The position numbers were made by a program, and so were the translations under genes. Shown piece after piece: positions 1 to 9,441 of a DNA stretch of 64,000 nucleotides; position 1 is the stretch's first letter, and every line of letters starts with the position of its first letter. This DNA comes from Actinomycetes bacterium (lineage in GTDB: Bacteria > Actinomycetota > Acidimicrobiia > Acidimicrobiales > Bog-793). The DNA is taken from positions 8,110 to 72,109 of the forward strand of contig JAKACA010000001.1 in the NCBI GenBank assembly GCA_021796455.1. The letters are read 5' to 3'. The notes under the pieces are model-generated. The model made no database searches and was not told where the DNA came from. It saw only the letters and a program-made list of their open reading frames with translations.

Positions 1-729
1 GCGGGGCCGGACAACCATCTGGTCGATGTCGACATGGCTCGGCCTGGTCGCGATGAAGGCGATGCACTCGGCGATGTCGGTGGCAGTGAGCGCCGTCACA
101 CCCCGGTAGACCGCGGCGGCACGCTCCGCGTCGCCGCCGAAGCGCACGAGCGAGAAGTCGGTCTCGACCATGCCGGGGTCGATCTCGCTCACCCGGACGG
201 GTTTGCCGAGCAGCTCCATTCGCAATACATCGCTCAGAGCCCGCAGCGCTGCCTTCGCCGCGTTGTACCCAGCGCCGCCAGGATAGGGCTCGAAGGCCGC
301 GATCGAGCCGACATTTACGATGATGGCGTCCCCAGAGGCGATAAGGCCAGGAAGGAGCGCCCTCGTCATACGGAGGGTGCCGAGAACGTTGGAGTCGTAC
401 ATCTGCAGCCACTTGGACTCGTCTGCTTCGGCAATCGGGTCGAGCCCGAGGGCGCCGCCGGCGTTGTTGACCAAGAGGCGACAGCGGCCCACCTCCCGGC
501 AGAAAGCCTCGACGGACCTTGGCGCCGTGACGTCGAGGAACAGTGCCCGGGCACCCGGGCCGAGGTCGTCCGCGATCTGCTCTATCGCATCGGTGCGGCG
601 TGCTCCGAGCACGACCTCAAAGCCGGCGGCGGAGAGCGCGCGAGCCGTAGCTTCGCCGATCCCGGAGGACGCTCCGGTGACTACTGCGGTTCCCCTTCCT
701 GCCGAGGCACTAGGTTCGTCGCCTCCCAT
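1..729 (-). CDS. short-chain dehydrogenase/reductase (SDR) family oxidoreductase, C-terminal end cut by window edge
   Basis: My own reverse-strand translation from ATG (complement of 727-729) gives MGGDEPSASAGRGTAVVTGASSGIGEATARAL... It carries the TGxxxGIG cofactor motif, NNAG and catalytic YxxxK (YNAAK). The frame stays open to position 1, so it is missing from the ORF track. Track ORFs 34..903 and 320..874 are its antisense shadows. Confidence 0.85.
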   Translation of the reverse strand, partial: MGGDEPSASAGRGTAVVTGASSGIGEATARALSAAGFEVVLGARRTDAIEQIADDLGPGARALFLDVTAPRSVEAFCREVGRCRLLVNNAGGALGLDPIAEADESKWLQMYDSNVLGTLRMTRALLPGLIASGDAIIVNVGSIAAFEPYPGGAGYNAAKAALRALSDVLRMELLGKPVRVSEIDPGMVETDFSLVRFGGDAERAAAVYRGVTALTATDIAECIAFIATRPSHVDIDQMVVRPR

Positions 730-732
730 CTG

Positions 733-1755
733 TCACCGGTCCTCCTCGAAGTCCGCGTCACCGTTGTCGTCCTCGTGCTCGCCGCGCGAATCGAGCCAGC
801 TCGAGATACGGTCGAACGCTGTCTGCACGCCGCCGCCCGCGCGGTCCACGAGCGCGGAGAAACGCTTCTTGTAGTGAGCAAAAGCAGCTTCGAACTCCTC
901 TGAGGGAGGAGGCTCCTGACCGCGCTGGACATAGGCGCCCGAGCGGATCCTGTCGTAGTCGCCCGCAGCGACCCATCCGATGAGCTCCTTCACGCGGCGC
1001 ACTGGCAGCGGGTGGGTCGATCCTATGTCGCGCCAGAACCGTTGGTAGCGAGCGAAGTGACTTGCCTCCTCCTCGTACTCGGTGGCTTGGCGTATGAACG
1101 CGTCGAGGTTGAGGCCCTTCACGGGGCCACCGGCTACGCGCATGAGCGTGCGGCAGGGGAGAAGCGGGTCTGCAGTTACGAGGGCGCTCGCGCGGTCAGC
1201 CGTCAGCTCGGCCATGCGCGACCACTCGAGCAGCGCGTAGTAGAGCGCCCGCAGTGGCAGCCCCGCGAGGAACTGCCCGCGGAGCACGCCTGTGAGTATC
1301 CGCTTCGTCAGCTCGAGAGTGGTCGTGAGTCCCACGTGATCGGCGAGGACGTGTCCCATCTCGTGAGCGAGCACCGAGGTGAGCTCGTCCTCCTCGAAGT
1401 CGGCGATGAGGCCCGACATGACGAGCGTGACCGGCTCGTGCGTGCCGACCGTGAGCGCCTGGGAGACGGGCTGTTGGGTGACGTAGAGAGCAGGGCAGCG
1501 ATCGATGTCGAGCACGCTCGCACAGCGTTGCTGGATCGCCCACGCAGCTGGCATCTGGTCTTCACCGAGACGGACCGCGTTGCCGAGAAGCAGCTGTCGG
1601 AACCGGCTCTCGGACTGGAGCTCCGAGAGCTTCTTGATGACGGTGTCGAGCATCGGGACGGCTCGCAGCGCGGCCGACGCAGCCCGGTCGGCAGGATGGG
1701 CGAAAGCCTGGGCGCTGATGTTCGGGTACTTGAGGGCCGGTTCGATCGCCGTCAT
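733..1755 (-). CDS. M48 family zinc metallopeptidase
   Basis: 340-aa ORF with the HExxH zinc site in LAHEMGHVLADH. Its stop lies 3 nt upstream of the SDR start. Confidence 0.85.
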   Translation of the reverse strand: MTAIEPALKYPNISAQAFAHPADRAASAALRAVPMLDTVIKKLSELQSESRFRQLLLGNAVRLGEDQMPAAWAIQQRCASVLDIDRCPALYVTQQPVSQALTVGTHEPVTLVMSGLIADFEEDELTSVLAHEMGHVLADHVGLTTTLELTKRILTGVLRGQFLAGLPLRALYYALLEWSRMAELTADRASALVTADPLLPCRTLMRVAGGPVKGLNLDAFIRQATEYEEEASHFARYQRFWRDIGSTHPLPVRRVKELIGWVAAGDYDRIRSGAYVQRGQEPPPSEEFEAAFAHYKKRFSALVDRAGGGVQTAFDRISSWLDSRGEHEDDNGDADFEEDR

Positions 1756-1877
1756 GGCGGGCTCCTTCTTGGCGGTCGCATCAGGCTAGCTCCAGGAGTG
1801 GGGCTCGTACTTGGCATCTCCGCTCTCGCCCAACAGGCTCTCCGATCTCGGAGTCTCGGTCGGTACCGGACCGGCGT

Positions 1878-1907
1878 CCTACCGGGGCCTACCGAGGCCT
1901 ACCGAGG
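1878..1907. repeat. 10-bp tandem repeat CCTACCG(G/A)GG x3 spanning the MFS stop codon
   Basis: Read directly: CCTACCGGGG CCTACCGAGG CCTACCGAGG. The CTA of the third unit (1899-1901) is the MFS TAG stop. Confidence 0.9.
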
Positions 1908-3677
1908 CGCTTCGGGCGCGCTCGTATCGGCGGCCGACGCCGAGTCATCCCGCGGCGGCGCGGCACTGTCGCCTCCGCCGTGATGCCGGACTCCCGGCAG
2001 CACGTGGGCGATCACGGCAGGCTTGTCTATGAACGGGTCTGCTATCAGCCTGGCCATCTCTCGTCGCCAGGAAGAGCGAGCCCGGGCCGCCTCTACGGTG
2101 TCGGGATGCACGAAACGGGTGACCGCGGGGGCCCCAGTGCCCCGATGGAAGGCCCGAGCCTGCTCCTCGATGGCGGCGTCGGCTTCGCTGTAATGCTCGC
2201 GCTGGAGCATGTAGCGGTCCCAGGACGAGACTATGAAGGTCTCGACGAAGCGCCCGTGGCTCGTCACGTCCTCGAAGATGCCCCACCGTGACGCTCCGAG
2301 CCTGCGCCGCACGATCCGGAGCTGCTCCATCACCTCGAGGAACTCCTCGACGTCCTCCTCCTCGAGCTGGTACTCGACCAGCACGAGCACGGGACCGTCC
2401 TCGGGATCGACGTGGTCCCCGACGACGAGCGGCGGCCTGACCCTCATCTCCTGGATCCGCCCGTCGACGACGGGCAAGCCGTAGCGAGGGATCAGGAGCA
2501 GGCCGGGCAGGAAAAGCGCCGCGTCGATCAGCAGGGCCGTGCGCAGCGGAAGTAGCGTGGCCAGCACCCCGAAGGCGAGTCCGCCGAGCGCGAACGGGGT
2601 CTGCTGCACGAGGTAGTAGATCGCCAGCAGCCGGGTCCGCACCCACTCGGGAGCCGAGTCTCGGGTCGCGATCGTGAGAACGGTGGTCACCCACACCCAC
2701 GACGCGCCCGTGGCTATGAGCGCTGGAACGGCGACGAGCACCTTCGGAAATACCGTGAGGGTCGCGACCGCCCCGGCATTTATGACGGTGGCGAGCGCCA
2801 CGAGGACGTCCAGGTGGAGCATGCCGTGTAGCCGCGGCAGCAAGAGCGACGCGAACAGGGCCCCGAGCCCACCGAGAGCCAGGTAGAGCCCGTAGGTGAC
2901 CGGTGTCGCGTGGAGGTAGCGAGTCGCCAGCAGGGGCAGCAGCGTGCCGAGTGCGACGGCTGGCGTCACATATAGGGCTGTCCGGGCGGCGATCGCTCGG
3001 AGACCCGGTGTGTAGTAGAAGAAACGCCAGCCCGCCGAGATCGCTCCGATCGTCTTCTCGGTGACGCCGCTGCCGAGAGTCGAGAGACGTAGATCGCTCC
3101 GTCCCCGCCAGATCACGAGAAAGGCAAGAAGGGGCAGGAGAAGGAAGCTACAGACGGAGAAGAAGGCTGAGCTTCCCACGGTGTGGAGCACGTATCCACC
3201 GAGAACTGGCCCTACGACCTGCCCCACGTTGCTCTGGAAGCTGTCAAGGCTGAGAGCGACAGGTACGAGCCGAGCCGGGACGAGCCCGCTGACGGTCGCC
3301 CACCAGGAAGGCGAGGACGTGCCGATCGACAATCCGACCCCGCAAAGCCCGATCAGGAGCGTGCCCGGGGTGAGAGCTCCCGTCTCCGATACGAGCGCGA
3401 GAAACAGAGCTGAACCAAGGAGCACCACCTTCGCGAACAGGATCACGACCCTTCGGTCCCGGGCGTCCGCTGCAGCCCCCGAGAGCGAAGCAGAGACGAG
3501 CCCGGTAACAGAGACCACAACCGACACAAGGGATATGAGAACCGGCGCGCGCGTAAGGGTCTCCATCACGAACCCGCTCACGAGCGTGAGCATCCAGACC
3601 GAGGTGTTCGAGAAGACGGCAGTGGCTTCGAGCCAGCGGAAGGCTCGGCTGTCCAGGGCCTCCCGGAAGCGCTTCAT
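1899..3677 (-). CDS. MFS transporter fused to a C-terminal soluble domain of about 190 aa
   Basis: 592 aa. The first ~400 aa are a series of hydrophobic helices typical of MFS (EntS/MFS_3-like). The tail (VLVLVEYQLEEEDVEEFLEVMEQLRIVRRRLGASRWGIFEDV...) is hydrophilic and looks like a small alpha/beta domain. Confidence 0.8.
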   Translation of the reverse strand: MKRFREALDSRAFRWLEATAVFSNTSVWMLTLVSGFVMETLTRAPVLISLVSVVVSVTGLVSASLSGAAADARDRRVVILFAKVVLLGSALFLALVSETGALTPGTLLIGLCGVGLSIGTSSPSWWATVSGLVPARLVPVALSLDSFQSNVGQVVGPVLGGYVLHTVGSSAFFSVCSFLLLPLLAFLVIWRGRSDLRLSTLGSGVTEKTIGAISAGWRFFYYTPGLRAIAARTALYVTPAVALGTLLPLLATRYLHATPVTYGLYLALGGLGALFASLLLPRLHGMLHLDVLVALATVINAGAVATLTVFPKVLVAVPALIATGASWVWVTTVLTIATRDSAPEWVRTRLLAIYYLVQQTPFALGGLAFGVLATLLPLRTALLIDAALFLPGLLLIPRYGLPVVDGRIQEMRVRPPLVVGDHVDPEDGPVLVLVEYQLEEEDVEEFLEVMEQLRIVRRRLGASRWGIFEDVTSHGRFVETFIVSSWDRYMLQREHYSEADAAIEEQARAFHRGTGAPAVTRFVHPDTVEAARARSSWRREMARLIADPFIDKPAVIAHVLPGVRHHGGGDSAAPPRDDSASAADTSAPEAPR

Positions 3678-3730
3678 TGCGAGAGCTTTGCACTGCGAGA
3701 AAGCCGACGCGGCGGAGCCGTCTGCCCCTC

Positions 3731-3736
3731 TACAAT
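3731..3736 (+). promoter_or_regulatory. candidate -10 hexamer TACAAT in the MFS / secreted-protein divergent spacer
   Basis: TACAAT sits in the locally AT-richer 198-bp spacer, about 140 nt upstream of the 3876 start. No -35 element was evaluated. Confidence 0.2.
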
Positions 3737-3875
3737 ACGCGACATAACGGACATTATCGGCGTTGCTTTGGAAGTGGGCGCCGCGCGATAAGGTCGTCCT
3801 GCTCTCTGGCCGTGCGAGAGCTGACAGCGATCATTGGCAAGCGGGCCGGCTTGTGTCGAAGTCCCCGGAGGAAAC

Positions 3876-4700
3876 ATGAAATCTTCAACGGCATCCCGGT
3901 ACGTTGCTGTCGTCGCTATGACAGCTGGTCTGGGAGCCCTCGCGGTCCCTTCGAGCTCCGCGGCCGGCGTCGGGGCGAGACTGCACTCGACGGCGCCGGC
4001 TTTGAGCTACACGCTCTTCGGCTGGAACGGAAGAGGCGTGTCGGCTCCGGTGGTTCTGAGCGGCGCCTTCAGCGGCGCTCCGAGTGGTGCACGCGCGCGG
4101 CTGCTTTCCGAGACCTTCCCGTTCACAGGCAACAAGAGACCGGATCAGATCGAGACCCTCGTGGTCTCGGCCGATGGATCAGCACCGTTCTCGTTCTCTG
4201 TGCAGCCAGAGATAGCGACGAAGTATTTCGTCGACCTCCTCGGTCCGGGTAATTCCCTCGACAACAGCTTCGAGCTGCGCACCGTCTATGTCACCTCGCG
4301 GTGGTCTCTCGTGCCCCTGGCTTTCGCCTGCAGGTCTGGCACATGCCGCGCCTCTATGCAGCTGCTGCGGTTTCTTCCGGCGGGCGTGCACAAGTACGAG
4401 TTGACAAAGCCGTACTATGACTACCTCGGGGTGTCGTTTGCCAAAGGCTCACTGCCGCCGGCTCCAAAGTACCTCTTCCTCCAGCACTCCTGGTCCACAA
4501 GCCGTACATCGGCAGTTCCAAACGTGGCTGGGGAGTTCGAGACCACGTTCCACTACTCCTTCCGTCTCGACGAGCCTCACTACCGCTATACAAGCTATGC
4601 TTGCACTATCGACACCGAGTCGAAGGACGGGTTCGGCCTTCCGGGGCGAAGCGTGTGCGGCTCGGTGAAAGTGCCGGCCAACGAGGGTTATCTGGGCTGA
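3876..4700 (+). CDS. secreted hypothetical protein (signal peptide, several Cys)
   Basis: I moved the start to ATG 3876, which follows GGAGGAAAC. The N-terminus MKSSTASRYVAVVAMTAGLGALAVPSSSAAG looks like a Sec signal peptide. No family recognised. Confidence 0.65.
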   Translation: MKSSTASRYVAVVAMTAGLGALAVPSSSAAGVGARLHSTAPALSYTLFGWNGRGVSAPVVLSGAFSGAPSGARARLLSETFPFTGNKRPDQIETLVVSADGSAPFSFSVQPEIATKYFVDLLGPGNSLDNSFELRTVYVTSRWSLVPLAFACRSGTCRASMQLLRFLPAGVHKYELTKPYYDYLGVSFAKGSLPPAPKYLFLQHSWSTSRTSAVPNVAGEFETTFHYSFRLDEPHYRYTSYACTIDTESKDGFGLPGRSVCGSVKVPANEGYLG

Positions 4701-4767
4701 GTGCTGTCGCCGATGAGCCCTTCGAGGTGACTGCGCCCCCGCGTGGGGCCGATCCCGGTCTGCCCTG

Positions 4768-5442
4768 CTAAGTGGGACTGCTCGTCGGGTACAGGTGCTC
4801 GACCTGACCTTGGCGTGCGACGACGACCTCGCTGACGAGACGAGGTGGGAACAGACCGTGCTCGACGACTCCGGCGGTTGCGGCCAGACGACAAGCCAAC
4901 GCGTGTGGATCTTCGATCTCGCCGGTGTAGTCGGCAAGCACGCCGCCGTCGGGGGTGGGAGGGGCGCTGCGGAGCTTGCAGGCTGCGTCGGATCCGATGG
5001 AGCGCCGGGTCGCCTCCAGGCCGAAACCCAGCAGCTCCAGGGGCACCGGCCCTGTGAGCCGGTCCACGAGCTTGTCAGAAGAGACGATGACGACGAATCG
5101 CTCGGCGGCACAGGCAACGATCTTTTCTCGTGTGTGAGCTCCCCCGCCTCCCTTGATGAGCCAGAAGTCAGGCGCGACCTGGTCGGCTCCGTCGATAGCG
5201 ATGTCCAGCCGCGCGAGGTGGTCGAAGGGCGCCACCGCGAGGCCGAGGCCGCGCGCGAGCGCCGCGGTGGTTGGTGAGGTGGCCACGCAGACGACGTCGA
5301 GTCGCCTGGCGGCTAGCACAGGAAGCAGGTGGCTCACCGTCGATCCTGTGCCGAGGCCGACCCGCATGTGGTCATCGACTAGGAGGGCCGCCGCCTCGGC
5401 CGCCAGTCGCTTCTCCTGGTCGATCCCGTCGGCGGGGTGCAT
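4768..5442 (-). CDS. rpiA: ribose-5-phosphate isomerase A
   Basis: Motifs GLGTGSTV, IDGADQV and LIKGGGGAHTREKIV. 224 aa. Confidence 0.93.
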   Translation of the reverse strand: MHPADGIDQEKRLAAEAAALLVDDHMRVGLGTGSTVSHLLPVLAARRLDVVCVATSPTTAALARGLGLAVAPFDHLARLDIAIDGADQVAPDFWLIKGGGGAHTREKIVACAAERFVVIVSSDKLVDRLTGPVPLELLGFGLEATRRSIGSDAACKLRSAPPTPDGGVLADYTGEIEDPHALACRLAATAGVVEHGLFPPRLVSEVVVARQGQVEHLYPTSSPT

Positions 5443-5474
5443 CTCTTGAGCCTACTTCGGGCAGGATCTCGGAA

Positions 5475-6368
5475 ATGAACCTGCGCCCGCTCTCCGGCCG
5501 CGCATCTAGATGGGCGCGCCGCTCCTCCACGCTAGCGCGCCTCACCCTGGCCGAGACGGTACGTGATCGCATCACGACGATCGCGGGAAGCTTGGCGTTC
5601 CATTGGTTCCTCGCCATCTTCCCAGCCGCAGTGGCTCTGATCGGCTTTGCCGGCGTGTTCGGCCTCTCCCCCTCCGCTCTGCACGGCATATTGCACGGCG
5701 CGAGCACTCTCATGCCGTCCCAGACCTCGCATATCCTCTCGCAGGCCCTGCAGCACCGGACGCCCAAGGAAGCGGGCCAGCTCGAGCTCGTCTTCGGCGT
5801 TCTCGTGGCACTGTGGAGCGCCACCGAGGCGATGGCAGCTCTCCAGATCGGCCTTGACGTGGCTTTCGAGGTGGACAGGGGCCGGGGGTACCTGGGCAGG
5901 CGGGCAATGGCGGTACCCCTGCTCGCTGCGACCCTGCTGCTCGGTGCTTCCGCGTCGGCCCTTCTTGTTCTCGGGGATCCTATCCGTTCGCTCCTGCCCG
6001 CCAACTTCGCCCTCGTCAAGCCTGCTGCGACGGTCGCCTGGGACGTCTTGCGGTGGGGCGGAGCTCTTGTCCTCGTCATGTTGCTGCTCTCGGTGTACTA
6101 CTCCATCGGACCGCGAAGGACCCGTCGCAGGTGGCACTTCGTGACACCCGGCAGCGTGGTGGCCACCCTTGGCTGGCTGGGCACCTCGACGGCGTTCTCC
6201 TTCTACCTGAAAGACTTTGGCCATGAGACTCGCACCTACGGTGCGTTCGCGGATGTCGCGGTACTGCTCCTTTGGCTCTATCTCACTGGCTTGGCGGTCC
6301 TCATCGGGGCCGAGGTGAACTGTGAGGTGGAGCGCCTCGAGGTCGCGTCCGGCAATGCGGAGCCCTAG
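5475..6368 (+). CDS. YihY/BrkB (ribonuclease BN-like) family membrane protein
   Basis: GSLAFHWFLAIFPAAVALIGF and a multi-helix body ending ...LIGAEVN. Start trimmed to ATG 5475, because the track start at 5271 overlaps rpiA with an Arg/Pro-rich shadow sequence. Confidence 0.8.
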   Translation: MNLRPLSGRASRWARRSSTLARLTLAETVRDRITTIAGSLAFHWFLAIFPAAVALIGFAGVFGLSPSALHGILHGASTLMPSQTSHILSQALQHRTPKEAGQLELVFGVLVALWSATEAMAALQIGLDVAFEVDRGRGYLGRRAMAVPLLAATLLLGASASALLVLGDPIRSLLPANFALVKPAATVAWDVLRWGGALVLVMLLLSVYYSIGPRRTRRRWHFVTPGSVVATLGWLGTSTAFSFYLKDFGHETRTYGAFADVAVLLLWLYLTGLAVLIGAEVNCEVERLEVASGNAEP

Positions 6369-6379
6369 CCTTGGGCGCG

Positions 6380-7786
6380 ATGAAGCGGACCGCATCGCTG
6401 GCAGAGCGGCTTGCATTGGTCGTCGGCGCGGACGGCGTGCTCAGCGGTGACGGCGTGCCAGGCGAGCTCGCTCACGACGAGGGTCTTTCGTCCGTGCCGA
6501 GAGCACCGGTCGCTGTCGTGATGCCTTCGACTGCCGCGCAGGTCGTCGAGATCGTGGCCGTGGCCCGAGAGCTCGGAGCACCGATCACGGCGCGAGGCAG
6601 TGGCACGGGACTGTCCGGCGGTTGCGTGCCGAGCCCCGGCGGCTTCGTCGTCTCGTTCGCGCGCATGAACAGGATCCTCGAGATCGACGATGCGAACCAT
6701 GTGGCGGTGGCGCAGCCGGGTGTCACGCTTGCCGAGCTCGAAGACGCAATCGAGCCAAGGGACCTCATGTACCCGGTGTATCCCGGGGAGCAGAGCGCAT
6801 CGCTCGGCGGCACCGTCAACACCAATGCAGGCGGCATGCGGGCAGTTCGCTACGGCGTGACTCGCAACAACGTCCTCGGGCTCGAAATGGTGCTCGGCAC
6901 CGGTGAGCTCGTCCGATCAGGCGGCAAGCACGTCAAATCGTCCACCGGCTATGACCTCACCCAGCTCGTGATCGGATCGGAGGGAACTCTTGGCCTCGTC
7001 ACAGAGGTGACTGCACGGCTCCGACCGTCGCTGCGGCACCGAGCGACGGTGCTTGCACCCTTTGCCTCCTTGGAGCTGCTCGCCGCTGCTGTTCCCCCGG
7101 TCCTGGCGAGCGGGCTCGATCCCGCGATCCTCGAGTACATAGACACTCTGACGATGAGCTCGATCACCTCGAGCGGCGATTTCGGGCTAGGCGTCTCCCT
7201 GGAGGTCGCCTCGAGCACGAGTGCCTATCTCCTCGTGATGCTCGAGCAGGTCAGCTCGACCCGCGTGTCCCAGGACGTGGAGGAGCTAGGGCATATCCTC
7301 TCGAAGGCCGGGGCGATAGATGTCTTTGCGCTCCCCGGTCGGGCCGCGGCATCACTCATAGCTGCGCGAGAGCGGGCCTTCTATACTGCCAAGGCTGCGG
7401 GCGCGCACGAGATAGTCGATGTCGTCGTTCCAAGAGACCGCCTCGCCGTCTACCTCGAGGCGGCCGGCCGGCTCGCGGCAGTCCATGGTTGTCTCTGCGT
7501 TGGCTGCGGCCACGCAGGAGACGGCAACATCCACCTTTCGGTGTTCCAGCCAGACGCCGAGATCCGGGAGGGGTTTCTTGTCGCGCTGTTCCGCACCGCC
7601 ATGGACCTGGGTGGCGCCATATCTGGAGAGCACGGCATCGGCACCGCGAAAAAGGAGGCGTTCCTGCATCTCGAAGATGCGTCCCGCATCGCGGTCATGA
7701 GAAGGATCAAGGCCGTCTTCGACCCGCTCGGGATCTTGAACCCCGACAAGGTTCTCGGCCCTGATCCGGGAGGCGCTGGCGCGTGA
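6380..7786 (+). CDS. FAD-linked oxidase (GlcD-like FAD-binding oxidoreductase)
   Basis: FAD_binding_4-like N-terminal part (VVMPSTAAQVVEIVAVARELGAPITARGSGTGLSGG) and a C-terminal GEHGIGTAKKEAFL motif. The start could also be TTG 6371. Confidence 0.85.
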   Translation: MKRTASLAERLALVVGADGVLSGDGVPGELAHDEGLSSVPRAPVAVVMPSTAAQVVEIVAVARELGAPITARGSGTGLSGGCVPSPGGFVVSFARMNRILEIDDANHVAVAQPGVTLAELEDAIEPRDLMYPVYPGEQSASLGGTVNTNAGGMRAVRYGVTRNNVLGLEMVLGTGELVRSGGKHVKSSTGYDLTQLVIGSEGTLGLVTEVTARLRPSLRHRATVLAPFASLELLAAAVPPVLASGLDPAILEYIDTLTMSSITSSGDFGLGVSLEVASSTSAYLLVMLEQVSSTRVSQDVEELGHILSKAGAIDVFALPGRAAASLIAARERAFYTAKAAGAHEIVDVVVPRDRLAVYLEAAGRLAAVHGCLCVGCGHAGDGNIHLSVFQPDAEIREGFLVALFRTAMDLGGAISGEHGIGTAKKEAFLHLEDASRIAVMRRIKAVFDPLGILNPDKVLGPDPGGAGA

Positions 7787-9369
7787 AGGGAGCCGAGGTC
7801 CTGCTCAACTCCCTTGCAGCCTCAGGCGTCGACGCCTGTTTCATGAATCCTGGCACCTCCGAGATGCACCTTGTAGCCAGTCTTGACTCCGTAACGGCCG
7901 TCAGGGCGATCCTGGCGTTGTTCGAAGGCGTCGTCACCGGGGCGGCCGACGGCTTTGGTCGCATGGCGGACCGTCCCGCCGCGACCGTGCTGCATCTCGG
8001 CCCCGGCCTCGCCAACGGCCTCGCCAACCTGCACAATGCCCGCCGAGCCAAGTCGCCTGTAGTCAACCTCGTCGGTGACCACGCCTCGTACCACAAGCGG
8101 TTCGACCCTCCCTTGGAGTCCGATATCGAGAGCCTTGCACGGCCTGTGTCTGGTTGGTACCGCCGGACGAGGCGCCCGGAGGATATCGACCTTGACGTGC
8201 GCGACGCTGTCTCCGCGTCGCTAGGGCCGCCCCGCCAGGTCGCGACTCTCGTGGTCGGTGCGGATGCTTCGTGGCTCGAGGCCGGCCCGCCTCGCGCTCG
8301 AGCTGCCCGTGAGGAGCTCCCGCGACCCCTTGGCCGGCCCAGCCAGGTCAGCGACGAGGTCCTCGCGAGCGCCGCTGCCGTGCTGCGCTCTGGCGAGCCT
8401 GCCGCCTTGCTGCTTGGCGGCTCTGCCCTGCGCGAGCCTGGCCTTGTCGCTGCCAGCCGCATATGTGAGCACGCGGGGGCTGCACTCTTGGCCGAGCCAC
8501 TGCCAGGGAGGCTCGAGCGTGGAGCAGGCCTCCCTGCGCCGCAGCGGCTCGCATATTTCGGGGAGATCGCCATGGCCCAGATGGCGGGACTCGAGCATCT
8601 CGTCCTCGTCGACGCCTCCGCGCCGGTCTCTCCCTTTGCCTACCCGGACAGACCGAGCGACCTCGTACCACAGGGTTGCCAGGTGCACGTGCTGGCCGGC
8701 GACAGGAACGACGCTGTCGGAGCGCTCGAGGCGCTGGCCGAGCTCGTCGGTGCCCCCCTCGGTGCCTCGAGGGTGGTCGTCGCCTCGCGACCAGAGTTTC
8801 CACTCGGGCCCCTCACCCCGGAGAGCCTCGCGGCGGCGCTCGGAGCGCTGCTGCCAGAGAACGCGATCGTGTCCGACGAGACGATCACCTCTGGCATCTA
8901 TCTTCCAGGCGCGACGGCCGGCGCTCCGAGACATGACCTGCTCTCGCTCAGCGGGAATGCGATCGGCCAGGGACTACCTCTTGCGATCGGGGCAGCCGTT
9001 GCCTGTCCCGATCGGCCTGTGCTCGCTCTCGAAGCTGATGGCAGTGCCATGTACACCATCCAGGCTCTGTGGACCCAAGCGCGCGAAGAGCTCAACATCA
9101 CCAATGTCATCTTCGACAACGGCTCCTATGCGATATTGAACATCGAGCTCGCGCGTGTCGGGGCCGGGACCACACTGCCCGGACCGGTCGCCCGTTCGAT
9201 GCTGGAGCTCGACCGCCCTGCCATCGACTTTGTCGCCATCTCGGAGGGCCTCGGCGTTCCGGCGAGCCGAGTGACCACAGCCGAGGCGTTCACCAAGGCA
9301 CTTTCCCAGGCTTTTGCTGAGGCCGGGCCGCATCTCATCCACGCGCTGCTTCCGCGTGATGGCCACTAG
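7783..9369 (+). CDS. thiamine-pyrophosphate-binding enzyme, acetolactate-synthase-large-subunit family
   Basis: The N-terminus (GAEVLLNSLAASGVDACFMNPGTSEMHL) and the C-terminal TPP fold (GQGLPLAIGAA...EADGSAMYTIQALWT) fit this family. GTGA overlap with the upstream oxidase. Confidence 0.85.
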   Translation: MKGAEVLLNSLAASGVDACFMNPGTSEMHLVASLDSVTAVRAILALFEGVVTGAADGFGRMADRPAATVLHLGPGLANGLANLHNARRAKSPVVNLVGDHASYHKRFDPPLESDIESLARPVSGWYRRTRRPEDIDLDVRDAVSASLGPPRQVATLVVGADASWLEAGPPRARAAREELPRPLGRPSQVSDEVLASAAAVLRSGEPAALLLGGSALREPGLVAASRICEHAGAALLAEPLPGRLERGAGLPAPQRLAYFGEIAMAQMAGLEHLVLVDASAPVSPFAYPDRPSDLVPQGCQVHVLAGDRNDAVGALEALAELVGAPLGASRVVVASRPEFPLGPLTPESLAAALGALLPENAIVSDETITSGIYLPGATAGAPRHDLLSLSGNAIGQGLPLAIGAAVACPDRPVLALEADGSAMYTIQALWTQAREELNITNVIFDNGSYAILNIELARVGAGTTLPGPVARSMLELDRPAIDFVAISEGLGVPASRVTTAEAFTKALSQAFAEAGPHLIHALLPRDGH

Positions 9370-9441
9370 CGACAGGAAATCGAGCCGTCAAGGGGTCCTC
9401 GTGACATCGCGAGGTCGCAGAGGCTGTAGCTTTGGCCGGTC

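Noticed and set aside
5271-5474. 68-aa extension of the YihY ORF, and 32398..32457 extension of tkt
   Set aside because: Both extensions overlap the preceding gene (rpiA, or the aminotransferase) and add only low-complexity residues. Internal starts were chosen instead.
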